A DNA stretch of 64,000 nucleotides from a virus (taxonomy: Duplodnaviria; Caudoviricetes): positions 1 to 64,000 of the IMG/VR virus record IMGVR_UViG_2883843030_000002; one strand, 5' to 3'. Positions within the stretch are counted from its first letter, which is position 1. Each line of letters starts with the position of its first letter. The notes under the pieces are model-generated. The model did no database searches. It was not told the origin of the DNA and saw only the letters and a list, made by a program, of their open reading frames with translations. Below are positions 62,965-64,000 of the stretch, in pieces. Made by a program: the position numbers and the translations under genes.

Positions 62965-63563
62965 CTTCTCTTGGCTTGGTTCATATATTGTTTGTGGAGC
63001 CGTCGCTCGTAGTTGTTCTGCTCAGTATCATTCTTCATACAGTTGTAGATACGCACCCAGGCCACATCGCGGACCTCATTCTGATTCGTGATACCCATTC
63101 TGCGGGCATACCAGTCGAGGACGCCGAATGGCCCAAACTGCAAATCTTTCACACCGGCCGCAAGTTCGTCGGAAGAATAGTTTACTTTGAGCGACGAGAA
63201 CAATTCGTTGATTTTCTCTATCTGCCTTCTGCAGAAATGCATGAAGCCAAACACGTCAAAAACATTCAACGAATAAGCCTCTTTTGGCGAAATGTCAAGC
63301 AATATTCGCAGGCACTCCACAGCGGGGTCGTCGGCACTGGCAGCGTTACGGAGCTCGTCAAGCTTGCCATAGCTGATGGCAAAGAGGTCTTTGGGGACTT
63401 CCTTGCCACAAAGGAAACCTGGGCATTTAGCCTTATCGAGCGTCGCTATCAATTCGTCTTGGTGCGTCTTTCTGCAACAAGGGAATAGTACGAGGAATTC
63501 TCCGTATGTATATCGGCGTTCTGTTCTCGTCCTTCGTTTTTTATATTTTCGGCTCTTTTTCAT
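62961..63563 (-). CDS. Tail assembly chaperone-like protein (putative)
   Basis: ELAAG..FG..LDWYARRMGI..V..V.W motif. Confidence 0.5.
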   Translation of the reverse strand: MKKSRKYKKRRTRTERRYTYGEFLVLFPCCRKTHQDELIATLDKAKCPGFLCGKEVPKDLFAISYGKLDELRNAASADDPAVECLRILLDISPKEAYSLNVFDVFGFMHFCRRQIEKINELFSSLKVNYSSDELAAGVKDLQFGPFGVLDWYARRMGITNQNEVRDVAWVRIYNCMKNDTEQNNYERRLHKQYMNQAKRR

Positions 63564-63628
63564 ACACTCAAAGTTACTTACATTTGTTTGGTGGTATTAA
63601 GTTGATTGACATTACTAACTGCACGTTT

Positions 63629-64000
63629 CTATTCAGTGCTGTACGACTTTACATTCATCTTCGCTCCATTTGTCGGCTTAGTCCGGCGGAAGAACATATT
63701 CATCATAAGAGCGTCCATATAGTCAGGCGAGCGTCCGATGATGATTTTCATTGTTTCCTTAGGGATAATGCCCTTGCGACGAACATCATTGTCTATGTAT
63801 GCCTGCTTGAGCGCTCCCAGCTCTTCCATCAACCTTTCTCTCTGATCCGGATTGCATATCACTCGGATTTTGCGCTCGTTGATAAGCTCAGCAAGTTTGA
63901 AATAGCACTCTGCTCGCAGGTTCTCGTACTTCTCACGATTGTTCGGGCTTCCGCCACCATGGAATTCTTTGATGCCAGGCAAGAAGCTCTCGAGATAGCT
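63629..64000 (-). CDS. Terminase large subunit, C-terminal nuclease part (truncated by the window)
   Basis: YENLRAECYFKLA..KETMK..GRSPDYMDALMM. Confidence 0.85.
   Translation of the reverse strand, partial: SYLESFLPGIKEFHGGGSPNNREKYENLRAECYFKLAELINERKIRVICNPDQRERLMEELGALKQAYIDNDVRRKGIIPKETMKIIIGRSPDYMDALMMNMFFRRTKPTNGAKMNVKSYSTE

Larger units (their letters stand above)
1..64000. mobile_element. Temperate Bacteroidota (pro)phage, siphovirus-like; right end lies beyond the window
   Basis: Integrase/excisionase, lysis, capsid, portal, tape measure, tail and terminase genes; almost all genes co-oriented on the minus strand; no host housekeeping context. Confidence 0.95.

Noticed and set aside
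1-64000. Stop-codon recoding as in some gut phages; tRNA genes
   Set aside because: Genes are intact and densely packed under the standard code; no tRNA cloverleaf was recognised by eye

Overview
The whole window looks like the left ~64 kb of a temperate Bacteroidota siphovirus-like (pro)phage. The host assignment rests on TAnnTTTG -7 promoter boxes and A-rich leaders without Shine-Dalgarno sequences. It starts with a tyrosine integrase and excisionase, and nearly all other genes are on the minus strand. It has early-gene blocks of small ORFs driven by a 7-copy ~80-bp promoter/operator cassette, a dUTPase / MTA-SAH-nucleosidase-like / MetK cluster next to the lysis genes, a HigBA toxin-antitoxin pair, and head and tail genes split into two blocks. 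The terminase is cut by the right edge. The main result, read directly from the sequence, is a diversity-generating retroelement (RT 17554-19032, TR 19194-19303) with two targets. One is the adjacent 2729-aa tail/receptor-binding protein (VR1). The other is a small non-structural early protein about 17 kb away in the excisionase operon (VR2). Both differ from TR only at adenines, and VR2 also has a 6-nt in-frame deletion. No avd gene is present, but the RT carries an extra ~110-aa C-terminal module. Other candidates are a structured leader RNA of a plus-strand moron with a 26/28-nt antisense match to the region just before the terminator preceding metK-lysis, an operator shared by higBA and all early promoters, and a strand-specific intergenic 11-mer (GCAAATAAGAT). 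Product names come from motif recognition only; no database searches were run.
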